Of a stretch of 64,000 nucleotides of DNA, positions 51,107-64,000 are shown piece after piece. A program made the translations under genes and the position numbers. How positions within the stretch are numbered: the stretch's first letter is position 1; each line of letters starts with the position of its first letter. The notes beneath the pieces were generated by a model. It ran no database searches and was not told the origin of the DNA. It saw nothing but the letters and a program-made list of their open reading frames with translations. The stretch covers positions 496,001 through 560,000 of the forward strand of contig JAQGDQ010000117.1 in NCBI GenBank assembly GCA_030141605.1, written 5' to 3'. The stretch is from Tubiluchus corallicola (lineage: Eukaryota > Animalia > Priapulida).

Positions 51107-51375
51107 TACGGTTTGGTCTAGTGGGAACGCGTCCGCTTTCTTTCTGGGAGGCCGTGAGTTCGATACAGCGGCGGGGTCACACCAAAGACTTCAAAAATGG
51201 GTTCTGTTGTTGCCCTGCCTGATACGTGTTATTTAGGGTAAAAGTGGGCTAATAACAGTCTCTGTTATGTAGTTGTATATTGTTATTTACAGTCGGTCCA
51301 AAAGCTCTTTGGAGCTTATGTTAATTGTTCATCCACAAAGCTGACTTTAAATAAATATTATTATTATTAATTATT
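51107..51375 (+). mobile_element. tRNA-derived SINE with Meta domain (MetaSINE-like) and (ATT)n tail
   Basis: A box TGGTCTAGTGG at 51114, B box GAGTTCGATAC at 51156. Next comes GTCACACCAAAGACTTCAAAAATGGGTTCTGTTGTTGCCCTGCCTG, which resembles the Meta domain as recalled, then AATAAAT(ATT)n. Confidence 0.78.
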
Positions 51376-51665
51376 ACAAGACATCATGATTTTACCAGAA
51401 AGTCTTCAGGTATCTTGCCTTTGTCTGTGGACAGGAACCAAACAACAATTGTTTTTAACAATTAATAAAACACAAATTACATTTATTATCATCTTAATAA
51501 CAAGATTATTATCAACAATGGTATATACCAACAAATAATTAGTTAAATTTGAAATCAAACATTGGCTTTTCTAATAAAATTAATTGTGGACCTGTATCAT
51601 CGAAGTATGAACTAATTTCCATGAAAAAATGTCAAATACGTAAGTTTCAGTTCGCTATTACCTTA

Positions 51666-51900
51666 CAGCACGTTCAGACTAGCGAGTTTTCTCTCGCAAG
51701 TTCTTGCGCAAGTTCTCTCTGAGTGTAAACTTGCAAGCGTGAACGCCTTTGCAAGATCTCTCGCAAGTTGTTGCAAACTCAGCGAGATTTGCTGAGAGTT
51801 CTGGCACAAGAACCTTTGAGAGAACGTGTAAAGCCGTTCACACTTGCAAGTTTACTCTCAGAGAGAACTTGCGAGAGAACTCTTTAGTCTGAATGCACCA
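51666..51900. mobile_element. PIF/Harbinger MITE forming a long palindrome, TTA TSD
   Basis: GTTCAGACT / AGTCTGAAT termini. CTCTGAGTGTAAACTTGCAAGCGTGAACG is inverted as CGTTCACACTTGCAAGTTTACTCTCAGAG. TTA on both sides. Confidence 0.85.
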
Positions 51901-52458
51901 TTATGTTTCAGTTTCAGCTAGTGTTACCTGTACTGCGAAAAGGGACGTGAACAAACAACGGCTATACATCCCTGCATTTCTCGGAACACAAGCTATCATT
52001 GCAACACGTCAATACAAGGCAATTTTCACAAAAAATATGGCTACCAACTGATTGTTCAAAGCTTTTAAACTTGCTAGATTTCCTTTCGTTTTGCCATGTT
52101 GCGTAAAATCAGCAGCAGCTAAATAGACTTTATTACCCTTGTATTAAAATATGGGCAAGTGAGCACTCATAAAGAAATCAAGGTCTCAGTTGTGTAAGTA
52201 CCATTGGCGTTTACAGCACTATTAGTGTAGCAGCACAGAGAGTTTTAGTCAAATGAAGGAGGTACTAAAATATGATAACTGTATCATCATTTATAAAAGT
52301 ACTTAAAATGTACAGAACTGGATGTCTGCTGGGCATCTCCTCTGCACGTAGACCCTGTTACTCCCTAAAATATCATCATCATTCTTACATTACCACCATT
52401 GACCACCTACCTCCTTCCTTCGACCAAAACCCTCTTGACTGTCGGACTTGTTGTCAAT

Positions 52459-52935
52459 TATGATGATGATGATGATACTTAATTATCATGCAGTTGTTGA
52501 TATAAAACGATGATGAATCACAGTGATGATGAGGCAGATAACGATCATGGTGAGTGACTATGATGATGATAATTTACAGTGAGATTACGACAATGCCCTT
52601 ATTATTGCTCGCCATGATGATGCTGATAATGGTGCAATGATAATGTTGAGATGACGAGAGTGATGACTGATGATATATGACTTAATGCTGATGCCACTAT
52701 TGATTACGATGGCGATAATGGTGCCAATGATGAGGACAAATGTGATGATGATGATGATGATTGATGACAACGATGATACACATAACAATAAAGAGTAACT
52801 GTTTGATGACAATTTTTAATGCAGTTGATGGCAATGCCGGACCTACTGCTGATGACGATGAACGGCAATAGTAAACTGAAAGTACACTGACTGTAATGAT
52901 AAAGAAGATTATGGGGATGATTATGAGAAGATGTT
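52459..52935. repeat. Degenerate (GAT)n low-complexity tract
   Basis: Seen directly. Confidence 0.85.
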
Positions 52936-53596
52936 GTGCTCTCCTAACAACCAGCTTCTAGATAAGCTTTGACAGTGCCTTCTAAAAATGGCATTTTCTC
53001 AATGTGCATAGTACATTTCTTACTGCAATCAGGTTGTGTATGCAGATAGCATATTATTTACAACATAAGTAGCAACAGCTTTGTGGGCTCTGTTCCTATC
53101 AATACAGACTTAGTCAATAACACAAGCTACGTGCTACTCTAGCATCAATTTCAATTATGTGGTCAGAATAAAAAAAACACCATCCCTTTACCTTTGTTAT
53201 TCATTTTAACAATGGATTAAAGTAACCTACAACTTTATCAGCTGAATAAATGTTTTTCTTGTCCTACTGTGTTTTTTGCATTCTGACCACATGAAAACCG
53301 GGGTCCACCACTCAAAGGCAAGGACTACTTAATGTAGTTAGAAGTCAAATCTAGTTAATAATCCTCTAAGAAGGAGCACTTCAGAAGTATCTCAGCCACA
53401 TTTAGATGCTAAACTGCATCCCCCCCCCCCACAAGGTAAACAGTCATGGTGTGTATAGTGGGTAAACCTGCCTAAAATCTATATTATGTCTCATTTCACT
53501 CTTTTTTATTTCCTTTTGTGTAAAAAAATTTTAGGCCAAAGTTTACAATTCTCCACACACAAGAAATTAGTTCGTAAAATTGATTAGGGTTAGAGT

Positions 53597-54129
53597 CAAT
53601 TGCGGCTCATGTAGATACTGTGGAACTGCAGCACCCCCTATTTTCACTCGATATTATCGATAATGTTCAATATACTAAGTCTTTTTTCTTTAGTTCTTTT
53701 TTTATACTTGTACGGAAACAGAGCACGTGAAGGTAGCACTGTTTGCTTCACAGCCCAGCACAGTGCGCTTCAGCAACGAGGTGTTTAGCTGTTGTGTGCA
53801 TGCGGCCATGTGCTCGTGTTTGAACCCAGGTAGAGAAAGTGCTGTCGCTCACACAGTTTGTTGTCAGTTGTCATGTATTTACCATGAATGGATCAAGTTT
53901 GAACTGTGACAACTTAGACTATTAGTAAGCAAAAAAAATTTTTGTTTAGGATTTTATCAAGTTTACGTATAAACTTTCGTATGCTTGTTTGTTTAAAATT
54001 ACAACATTAAAATAACATATGATGGTTGTCTAGTCTTGTTTACGAATACTTGTTTACACAGTATTAAAACAATGGCTAAAAGTATTTTGAAGCAGCACCC
54101 TCACTAATTTTAGCTACACGCCACCACTA
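53597..54129. mobile_element. Non-autonomous hAT element with 8-bp TSD, inserted in a (GGTTAG)n tract
   Basis: TSD GTTAGAGT at 53589-53596 and 54130-54137. Degenerate TIR CAATTGCGG / CCACCACTA. GCAGCACCC motif near both ends. Confidence 0.75.
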
Positions 54130-54237
54130 GTTAGAGTTAGGTTTAGGGTTGGGGTGAGGGTCATGGTTAGGGTTCGGGCCAGCTTTAATTGTGTAGGTAA
54201 TTCCTACCAAATTTTAATTTTCCATGGCTGTACCATA

Positions 54238-55470
54238 TTTATTTCGAACATATAGTTCACATCAATATTATAAAAAAAGTACAAAATTATCTAGGAAAAA
54301 AATAAAATTACAATTACAGGATTAGTGGACACTGACACAAACAATTATATACATGAAAATTAGTACTTAAGATCAAAACAAAGAAAAGTAATACAATACA
54401 GATATTACAGTTACACATATCCTAAATAACCACATACCTATTACACAATATTTATACATATTATGTTATACCAATGGAAAACACCCATGAAAAGTTAATT
54501 AACACAGAGCCAATTTTGATTTCATTTAAGTTATACATTTCTAAAAAATCACTGTTGCATTCAATAGCATTTATGGTACCTTCTATCACTGAACAAACGA
54601 TTTCTTCCTCAGATGTCAGGTAAAAACTGCTACTCACAATACTATCTTAAATTTTTCTCACTTCATTTTTGTTAGTGAAATTAATGCAATAGCTATTATT
54701 ATATTTAAAGTTAAGTAATTGTAGATTATAACCTAAGACAGATCTTGTTGAAAATCAGCTTGCCTAGCAAAATAACTAACTAATGTATTGTGGCTGTTCA
54801 CACAAGTTACATAATATTGCACGAAACGCTTCTCAAATTGTTTACTTGGGCAAGAGATTTTACTGATGCATGGTAAAACGAACGTGTGAGTTTTATTTGG
54901 CAGCTTCCATAGTTTACGGATGGATACATTCCAGCCTATATTAATATCACTAATGTAGGTATTTTCAAGTTTCCAAATTCGGCTAGCTTAGAAAGCGTAA
55001 CAGTAGATCAGAAATACTTTTGTTTTCATACTACTGTTGAGAGATGAAAGTTGCTAATTACATTATTGGCTCTGTATATAAAATTGCTATGTTTACGACT
55101 TATATTGTTAACATCATCTAAATTAGAGGTTAGTACACAGCCAAGATGAACTGCCTCTGTGCACCAAGTTAGTGATGTTCCTGCTAAAGTAAGTTTTGGG
55201 TTAAAAGTGTTGGGTCTGTTATTATTTGCATAAAACATAATATATTTGCTTTTCACTTTATTCTTTTGAATGTTGACAAAATTTATGTTAAAATTTCTTG
55301 CATAATCTTCACATATGCTTAACATATTCTGCATTGCAGTAAAGACTAGGGGCTAGCAACTGCATATGATAATGCACCACAATACTCATTTTCAACAAAG
55401 CACCCTAAGCCGGATTTAGAAAGTTTTACCAATAGCCCATCTAAACATATGTTGAATAATACCGAATATG
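54238..55470 (-). mobile_element. 5'-truncated RTEX-type LINE (RT C-terminal half and 3' UTR)
   Basis: Minus-strand peptides LFNICLDGLLVKLSKSGLGCFV..., MQNMLSICEDYARNFNINF...KSK, HLGCVL, FIYRANNVISNF, SQIWKL, WNVSIRKLWKLPNKTH. Ends TTCGAAATAAAT. Confidence 0.85.
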
Positions 55471-55501
55471 TTTTTATATATGATTACAGAATGAATTAAA
55501 A

Positions 55502-55600
55502 GCAGTTCTCCTGCGACCACCCATCCCTGGGTAGTCAAGACTGGCATTGCTTAACTTTTGTAGCTAAGCACACTGCGAACAGCCGGCTCTCTGGCCAAAT
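55502..55600 (-). mobile_element. Degenerate 5S-like promoter segment (SINE3-type head remnant)
   Basis: Minus strand AAGTTAAGCAATGccagtcttgactacccaGGGATGGGTGGTCGCaGGAGAACTGC has 5S-like A and C boxes at 5S spacing. Confidence 0.5.
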
Positions 55601-55846
55601 CAAACTTACCACTTCATTAAATTAGGAATAATACATCTCACAGGACTAAAATGCGTATGGTAAGTGATGCAATCATAGGGTCACTCGTGGTAAGATATTT
55701 GTTATCTCTCAATGGCAGATCTACATCACAGGACAGCTATGGTCAAAAAAACTCCTTCGAATTATGAAAACCTTAAATCATGGTGAAAAAGAGCAACAAA
55801 CATTGTCAACTTATGCACACCAAGAATACACGTTCATTACACAAAC

Positions 55847-56003
55847 CTGTAGGCACGCCCGCACATGCCGTAGTTTCCTGCTCCGTATGATCCACCAATA
55901 ATCACAGTAAATTTTGGTACTTTGGCACAAGCGACAGCTGTGACCATCTTTGCTCCATGCTTGGCTATTCCACCAGCTTCTGCGTCTCGACCAACCATGA
56001 ACC
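55847..56003 (-). CDS. MCCC2: MCCC2 exon (157 nt)
   Basis: ggccag|...CAG|gtttgt. Encodes [52 protein letters not shown](S). Confidence 0.97.
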
Positions 56004-56769
56004 CTGGCCATCAATAGCGAGTATTAAAAATAAGTTGTGGATTTAAATGGATATAAATGTACTTTACTTGTTGCACTGAACATAAATGATACAAAAAGCT
56101 CTAGAAGTAACATAAGATTAGTACACATAGAGACATTGAAATGGGTCCCTTATACAGAAATACTGGTACTTTAGACCAGTAACATGTATGAATCATAAAT
56201 AAGTAACTTGAAAATATAGATATGAATTCAAGATGCGGGAATGCCACCTTCTGGTTGTGCTGTTTGCATTACTAAAGGCCGATTTTCATCGATTTTGTCT
56301 CAGAATTTCCATATAATTTTTTCTAAACTTAAGTACATAGGCCTTCCCTGCACAAAACTAGATGAACCAATGCTCCAATATTTTTTATTTTCATGTTAGT
56401 TTCAAAAACAGCAATGTTAGTGGCATTTAAGCAAAGCCAGTTATTACAAAGTTCCACGACACGAGACTTATTTCGAGTCAGCTACTGAATTGCTGATCAG
56501 ATTTTAATCCAGTATAATAACTATTTTAATAAAAGCAAAAGCAGCTGCTCCATCATTTGAAAAACAGAAAAGTAATCCCATAGCAAACCGCAACACACTC
56601 AATCTTTCCAACCTGAAATTTCAATGAAATTCGCAAGGCACACAGAATTTGTACAATAGAAAATGTGCAGACTTTAAGGCATATTTTCTGCGTGAACAAT
56701 TTACAAATGCTCTACAATCATACACAATGATTGCTAATCGCATAAAATGACAAAAGTGACCAATTTTAC

Positions 56770-56913
56770 CTGTAATATTCTGTAGGAAGACTAGAGGAAT
56801 TTTACGCTGACAGCACACTTCAATGAAATGTGTGGCTTTCATAGCCGTGTCTGAAAAGAGGACGCCATTGTTGCCAATGATGCCAACAGGGTAGCCATAA
56901 ATATGGGCAAAGC
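56770..56913 (-). CDS. MCCC2: MCCC2 exon (144 nt)
   Basis: ttttgtccag|...CAG|gtaaaa. Encodes [48 protein letters not shown](G). Confidence 0.97.
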
Positions 56914-59900
56914 CTGGACAAAACAACAAAGGATTGCATGTTACTCATATAACTTCACATACACGAACTCTTTACTTATAATTCCTAAAATACAAGGTAA
57001 TACCTTGTCACAAGTTATTAACTAACACGTAACAACAGGTGTCTGTTGGTAAAATATTGATTTTATTTTACTTCAGCTAACATCTGAGGAAGACAGCAAT
57101 TTTGTCAAAATAAAGTTTTTAAAATAAAACAGTATTTAACAGCAAAAGTGAACTGTTTTCAAGCTGCAGAAATATACTAATTTTACAACCCAGCTACGTA
57201 GATGTGGATGAAGATTATAAAATGTTAGAAAAATTGCGCCATTAAATAAATGCATAGTTAGCAATGTTTGACTTATTTTGTCAGGAAAAAACAAGTGAAA
57301 AATAAATTACTTAATATTCAATTATTTGAAATTTCTTTTAATTTGTCGGCAATGAAATTGTATGAAGCAAGCCAAATATGTCTACATGACTATGAAAGTC
57401 ATCTTGTCTTTATCCTAACTACTGCTTTTTTAGTGAGTAACTACCCAAGACATATTAATTTTATTCCTGTGAATGGTGTCATACTATATGTGCGAATATT
57501 TATATGGATGGCAAGATAATTGAGTAAACGAGACCATATCTAGGAATGTCTGGCTAAGTAAATGCACTGACGATAAAATTTTACCTCAATTAATCAAGTT
57601 ACTTTATATTAGAGTAAATACAGAATGCTCAAAATTTTTTTTATTGGTACAGATTTTTCATTTATATCCATTCCCGCATACGAAGAGCCAATACCCGGCA
57701 CTTAAAGGGGAAGAAAAGGCGACTTTAAAATGTCTCAAAAGAGTTTCCACACAAATTTATACTATTTAGCATTATGCTTACCTGTTTGAAAGACATATGT
57801 AAGTAAAAAATTCTTAATAACACTAGTTTACCAAAAACAAATATTATTGATTTTAATGACAAGATAAAGTAATATATACTTTTGCTCAGTTGATGAAGTG
57901 GGCACTCTAATACTTTGATTTTTTTTCAAACTTTACTCAATTAAACATTATCTAAACTTGTCTTAAATGACGTACTGTTAAAGTGGCAGTGTGTAACAGT
58001 CATTGTCAGAGTTTGAACTGTCAATATAAACTACGGTAAGGTAGCATGTAGGTGATACAAACTTTCAAGACAAATTCCTTTTAGCTTCATGTATGAATTC
58101 TGTTTTCTTGTCCTGCACCACTTAAACAAAGGCTTGTTAATGACAGTTACGGCAAGATCTAATTTAGTTAATTATTTATCTAGGTCAGTCCTCTCAAGTG
58201 AGACACTTATCAGGCAGAAGCGTTTTATTATTATCTCTTAGCCACGTTTAGATTACGCACATCCTCCATCTACAAGAGTATTACAAGAGTTTTTTCTTTC
58301 AAATTATCTTTTTTTGTAGTCATTCATGCCATTTATTAAGTTAAAACTGCACAAGTTTTCTTATAATGTTAACTTGATGTGCTGATGATTTATAATTATT
58401 TCGTATTGTTACACATTGTTCTGTGTGTACATGAGCACATTGGCATTGTACACAATAAAGCTAAACTTAAACTGAGTAATAGCAGGGACAATGTAGCAGC
58501 TGAAGCTTCTTAGGACACCCATCCATTTTATAGCTAAGCTCGGCTTCCTTTAATTTGTTAACCAGGCATACATGATGACTCATTCAGCTTTGCCTTACTC
58601 CCACACAGCACCTCGTAACTGACTTGATCTCATTATTTCGGTTTTTATTTGCACTGTAGCACTATGATAATAATTATTAAGAAGGTACTAACTCATTTGT
58701 AATTTTTCTGAATAATCAAAGCATTCAATTGACATGAAATTGAGGAAAACTTTCTAAAACTCGAAAGGATGCAGCTTTTGCAGTCTTTTACAAGATGTAT
58801 AGCTTTGAGTAAAAACTCATCTAACCGAAGTCTTTTATGTATCTGGAAGGTGTCATCAGGTTTAATGGCAGACAAACGTATAATGGGTTTAAGTTAAGGT
58901 TTTAATACATAAATGTAAAAAAATCGAGACATCATATTTTAAATAGTACTTGGTGTTTAAATGATAATGATTCGAATGCATTTTTAATTGTTTTTCATAT
59001 ACACAGTGCATCTATTCTAATCAATTATTTTCTTGTTATTCATTTTCTGCATACTAATTATAACAAGTCTTTGGTATAAATACAGCGAAGTGAATCAACT
59101 CCAAGTGAATTTTCAAATTGATTACACGGACAGTACTCATTGTCAAATAAAAGTGCCTGTATAATTAAATAATTATGTTACTGCATACAGAATGTAGAAA
59201 TCTGGAATGTCTGCTACAAAAGAGTGAAATTTAATTTCACAAGTTTAGTGATAGTAAACGTTCACCTAGGCACGCTTACATCTTACGACACGAAATCTAA
59301 AGTTCACTTGTGAAATCTCATTTGGAAATATTAAACTGTCAGGGAAGACAAATGCTTAGAAGAATGTAATGTGTTGAGTATTGCAGTAACTGTTACTGCA
59401 TATCACTCAAAAGAAATCTTGAATATTACACCAACAGACAGCCATTAATATTGGGTATTGTAACAACAGACAGATACTTCACAATGCAAATTATTTATTA
59501 ATAAGACATCTGATAACTACAGTTTTAATGAGCACTAAATGAATAAAGATAATTAATTATCAAAGACACAAACATAGATATAGACATAGACACAGATATG
59601 GTCAATTTGCATAATTTTTGTATTTTAACATAATTCTGATCGATGATGTGTTGTAAACAAATGTTCTTGTTCTCTGTAAGTGCCCTACACGTAGTGAATT
59701 GTTCTCTTTTTCTAGTCATGCACAAAATTTTTGAAATGCAATTTATATACTCATTTTGAGTAACGTATAGTTTTTCATGCCAAATCTTTACATGAAATAA
59801 GTATTTTTATACTGTGTTATACATAATTTGGTGCGTACATGCAAAATGAATAAAAATAGCTTATCCTTTTAAAGCACATGTATAAAAATTAAAACTACTG

Positions 59901-60845
59901 AGTAGATGTTCTGCTAATGGTGCAGGGGCGGGGGGGACTATACCTATCACCAAGTTATAGAATTACTTCAACATTACATAGTTATTTCAAATTAGAAAAT
60001 GCACATTGCATGACTTGACTTAATAACCTAATAATGTAATTACATCCAAATCAGATGACCAGAAAATATGAATGGCATGAAATATTACCTAAACTATGAA
60101 CATGGAATGTCTATAATTGCATTTGTGGTACCCCTTGGTGACACCCACTACATGCTAATAAAACACTAACTTATGGCTCTGATGACGCAAATTATGTAAT
60201 CATATAAATTATATTCCAATGCACATCTATTTCATTAAAGTCAAGCTACACCCTCACTACAATATAAGCTTTTACAACTTAAAATCCTACTCTCATAGCA
60301 AATATTCAATTTATTTTATTATAAACTTTGATTTTTATCGCTTCATTGTTAACGGTATTACATTTGAAGAACCGCCATTTTTCATCGCGCGAGACGAATG
60401 GCATTATGAGTACAGTCACGAGGTCACCAAAGATCGGTGAAAAAACGTAGGTAACCAAAGATGCTTTCTGTACCTCATACATTATTCTCGCTCACTCGCG
60501 CCAAAGAAAACGAAGCATGGCGATCTTTACAGCAATGCACTCATTCGAAATTCGCCAGAAAAACGTAAATTATTTAATTTATAAACTTATTTTGTTTAAT
60601 AATAACTATGAATTCTTTGCATAATCATAATAATGAGTTGAAAAACTTCTGTGTCTGTTGGGGTTACATAAGCGTATAAAAGTATTATATAGGCATATAA
60701 ATGAATATAAAATTAAATATCACAAATTTGTTTGCTAAACGCCTGCCCATTTGGCAATCCAGTTATTTATTCACTCACTTTGTAAGTTGATACTTTATAT
60801 CATAGCTCGCCTATTTGACCAATTAGTGTAATATTCATCTGTTAC

Positions 60846-61014
60846 CTGTTACAAGCGTTTCTCCATACATTGCTTTAAACTCATCAAACTTGCTGCCATC
60901 TACAATCCTTGCTATCACCTCCCGGACATCGTAAGTCTTCATCAGATTGTCACCAACAATGCCATAGAGATCGTCGGGGTCATGGAGAGGTGGCTCTGGT
61001 TCACGCATGACAAC
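60846..61014 (-). CDS. MCCC2: MCCC2 exon (169 nt); upstream exons probably lie beyond the window
   Basis: ttgttgcag|...CAG|gtaaca. Encodes [56 protein letters not shown](G). Confidence 0.97.
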
Positions 61015-61339
61015 CTGCAACAAAATTCACAAAGGTAATTTTCCTTGGTGAATCAGGTAAATGATAATGCAAACACAATTCCAGATGTCAAACAAAAACA
61101 AAACAATCTCGAAAATTGCTTTGAGTCCCAGAAGCCACTACTTCATTATACAATAGTAATTGCTCGTCGAAAGGTCTCTTCTAGCAGCTGTGCAGCTTCA
61201 GAGCGGCCTTTGATTTGTTTTTATTTTTACATTAGAAATGAACAGAATGGCAACAGTCAAGGAACAGCACATAAGTACAAACACAATAAATTATAGCTCT
61301 ATATAGAAAAGCCAGTGCAGTACAAAAGAGAATATCATG

Positions 61340-61770
61340 GTTGTCGTCATCGTCATCATCATCACCATTATATATTCTATTCGCATCTACAAATCGATAC
61401 AGCACATGTACAATGATGTTAGTAGACAACAAGTACATATGCTCAAAGGTAAGAGCTAGGAATATTATAAAAGGATTGGTATGCAACATATAATAGTTTC
61501 TTACAAGCTCATAAAATGATTTCCTGACAGTACATTTTGCATTGTGATCAAAGTACAAAAGGCAAACATATTTCAATCTTAAGTTAAAATCACTGTCGTT
61601 AATATGAAACAACAATTTCAGTATAAGTATCTGACTCAAATTTTGTATTTTCCTTAAAAAGTTGAGCCTTCGACTGTTGATTATGAAATTTGATGACATA
61701 GTCCCACAATAATACATGAGTAGCCTGACACTTTTACTTTGTGTATATTTAAAATTTTTTCCAAGTATTC
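61340..61770 (-). mobile_element. 3' fragment of an RTEX-like LINE with (GAT)n tail
   Basis: Minus-strand peptide IRRILGKNFKYTQSKSVRLLMYYCGTMSSNFIINSRRLNFLRKIQN, then a 3' UTR and GATGATGATGACGATGAC. Confidence 0.5.
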
Positions 61771-64000
61771 TCCTAATAGAAGAGAACAGAACAGACAGTG
61801 CACTGTGGTGTGAGAAAGCACATGTCAGAGCAGAAAAGGGAAAGCCAGCACAGAATAAGGTAGAGCATGACAAGTTCAGGGCTTGGCTGAATGAATAGGG
61901 CTTGAAGGCTGACTGGATGAGCTTAGAACAGCGAGGTCAGGGAAGAAGACACAGTGCAGGTTAGGGCAGAACCAGAGGGTAAAGACTTGAGTCACTAAAT
62001 CATGCTCGAGTGCATTCGAACAGATTTTTCTTAAAACTCGGATTTGTGAAATGCGCCTCTTACTAAGAAGTCGTAGAGCAACACTCATCAGAGAGAGCCG
62101 AATGTGTCATCTTGTCAACAATTTCACACAGTGGTTTATGGTACGGAATGTAAATTTAGTGTAAAAATCTTGATGAAATAGAAGTTTTGAAATGTCTTTC
62201 TTTGTGATGACAACTAACTATCCACTGTATTGTTATCATACACTGCATAGTGTATGATAACAATGCTATTAAAATGCTGATTATAATGCTAGTGTATGAT
62301 AATAATGCTATTGAAAACGCAACATATCGAAAACGATAATATATATTCATCCACAAATTTTATTTACCCCCATCCATTTTAAATTATATGTATATATTGT
62401 ATATAGTCTATTATAATTTGCGTGTAACATTATAATGTACATTTTGTTTTAAATTTTTGGCACGGTAGTTTTTAGTTTGCACTGGATGCATTTGCTTTTA
62501 ACAGTTGTGTGAATTTTATTCTCATGCTGCGATGTTCTTTTATGCTTTTATAGTTATGAATATCGATTTTTTATGGCAAATAAAGATCATTTTATATTAT
62601 ATATATATATATATTATTTGTATTTTCCTGTGTTAGCTCAGCAGGTTTGTACTTGGACTAGGACTTACACTTGCTGAACTCCTGAGCGATGGACTTAAAC
62701 TCGAATTTGGACTTCAAGATTCCTGAAGTTTTTTACCCTCTGGACAGGACAAGATAGGGAAGGGTAGAAGAGAACAGAGCACAGTAAAGTATTTTAATGA
62801 TGGCAAAATGCCATTAATTTTTGCCTCACACCCCAATACTGTGATGGTTCGATCCATTACAAAGCCATTGCATAACAACATTCCACAGCAATTATAAAAC
62901 TTCTGATACGGAATGGCCTTATTGATTCAACTATAGGAATGAGGGTGAAAATAAATTGCATTTCACCATGGTTACAGTATACAAAAGAAACCCAAATGAA
63001 TGAAACAGAATATGTTAGAACAAGACAGCATTGCAGCTAGTGTTCCGAAACAAGCAATAATCCAGCATCGAATTTAGTAAGTACACGTCACATTTACTAT
63101 ACAGCCAAAGACTAAATATCATCTTCAATAGCTTTACATCTACAAGTCGTAAATAGCTATTGACTGCTATAGAATTGATACCTATTACGGCACATGGTCA
63201 TTCAGGTATAACAGATTCAACTAATTAACGCACACGACGTTTGCCACGTACCTGTCTGTAACCGTAATGTAATTTTATTCAGTGCCAAATCTTTCTTCGA
63301 CTAGCTACATAAGTAAAGAGGCAAATAAATGAACGAATGACGAATTTAACCACCTGTCATGTCAGTAATACGCAAGAGCATGGGGTATTTTCTAGCTGTT
63401 CAACTTTCTTGTAAAAGCTACTGTTTGTACTTGTAAAAGCTACTACGACTGTTGTAATAAGAGATATAAAAATAATTATCAAGGTAAACTAGTACACACA
63501 ACAGTTTCTTTCACATCATATAATTAGTTCATAGTTAGGTTAACGAAGTAACGTAATGTAATGAATTGAGGCAAAGAGTAAGCTAATAAATGATAAACAA
63601 ATGAGTCTGAAAAAATGCCAGAATGTTTTATGTGGCGTTTTCAAATTTTTCATTGTATTTAAAGCTGCTATAAAGTTATTTTTCCTTGCTTGCCATGAAA
63701 CAAGTAACAGCGCATGAGCTTTTCTCAAATCTAAAGGAAGTTCAGACTCCTTAAATTGTTTTACAATAAATTTTGAAAGCCCAGTTTAGTTTTATAGCAT
63801 ACTCAGAATGAGTATGTGACATACTTTTAAATGAGGGGCTGTGAAGCACAAATGAGGTCAAATCTTTCTATAATAAAGCTTACATGAGAAAACTAAGGCA
63901 GCGAATACTGAAGCTAGCCAGCAGTACCCAGCATAAATTAGCTCTTTTTGTATTGAAGCTTGTCATACAGATTTGACAAATTCTTCATATAATGCTTACA

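Noticed and set aside
61232-61873. 213-aa ORF as a host gene
   Set aside because: Composite of low-complexity sequence, a LINE 3' fragment and its (GAT)n tail inside an MCCC2 intron.

Overview
AT-rich animal genomic DNA with spliceosomal introns and many transposons. The 5S-derived sequence looks lophotrochozoan, but that is an inference. Three protein-coding genes lie in tandem on the minus strand. (1) The 3' six coding exons of methylcrotonoyl-CoA carboxylase beta (MCCC2, 61014->40300); its 5' part is beyond the window. (2) An apparently complete 8-exon corticotropin-releasing-hormone-binding protein gene (CRHBP, 36000->11784, 362 aa, signal peptide, 10 Cys), with a perfect CRE in its promoter. 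(3) The first two coding exons of an RDH11/12/13-type short-chain dehydrogenase (3982->2759). The rest is LINE fragments (RTE, RTEX, CR1/L2 group), a Penelope remnant with a decayed hammerhead, tRNA- and 5S-derived SINEs, hAT/Harbinger/Tc1/MULE-type non-autonomous elements (some nested) and long microsatellites. The most unusual object is a TSD-flanked retroelement (14330-14856): a full-length 5S rRNA head joined directly to two tandem HDV-ribozyme-like modules and a GC-rich body resembling an RTE-type 5' UTR. Most ORFs in the supplied track are spurious. All calls were made by eye, with no database searches.
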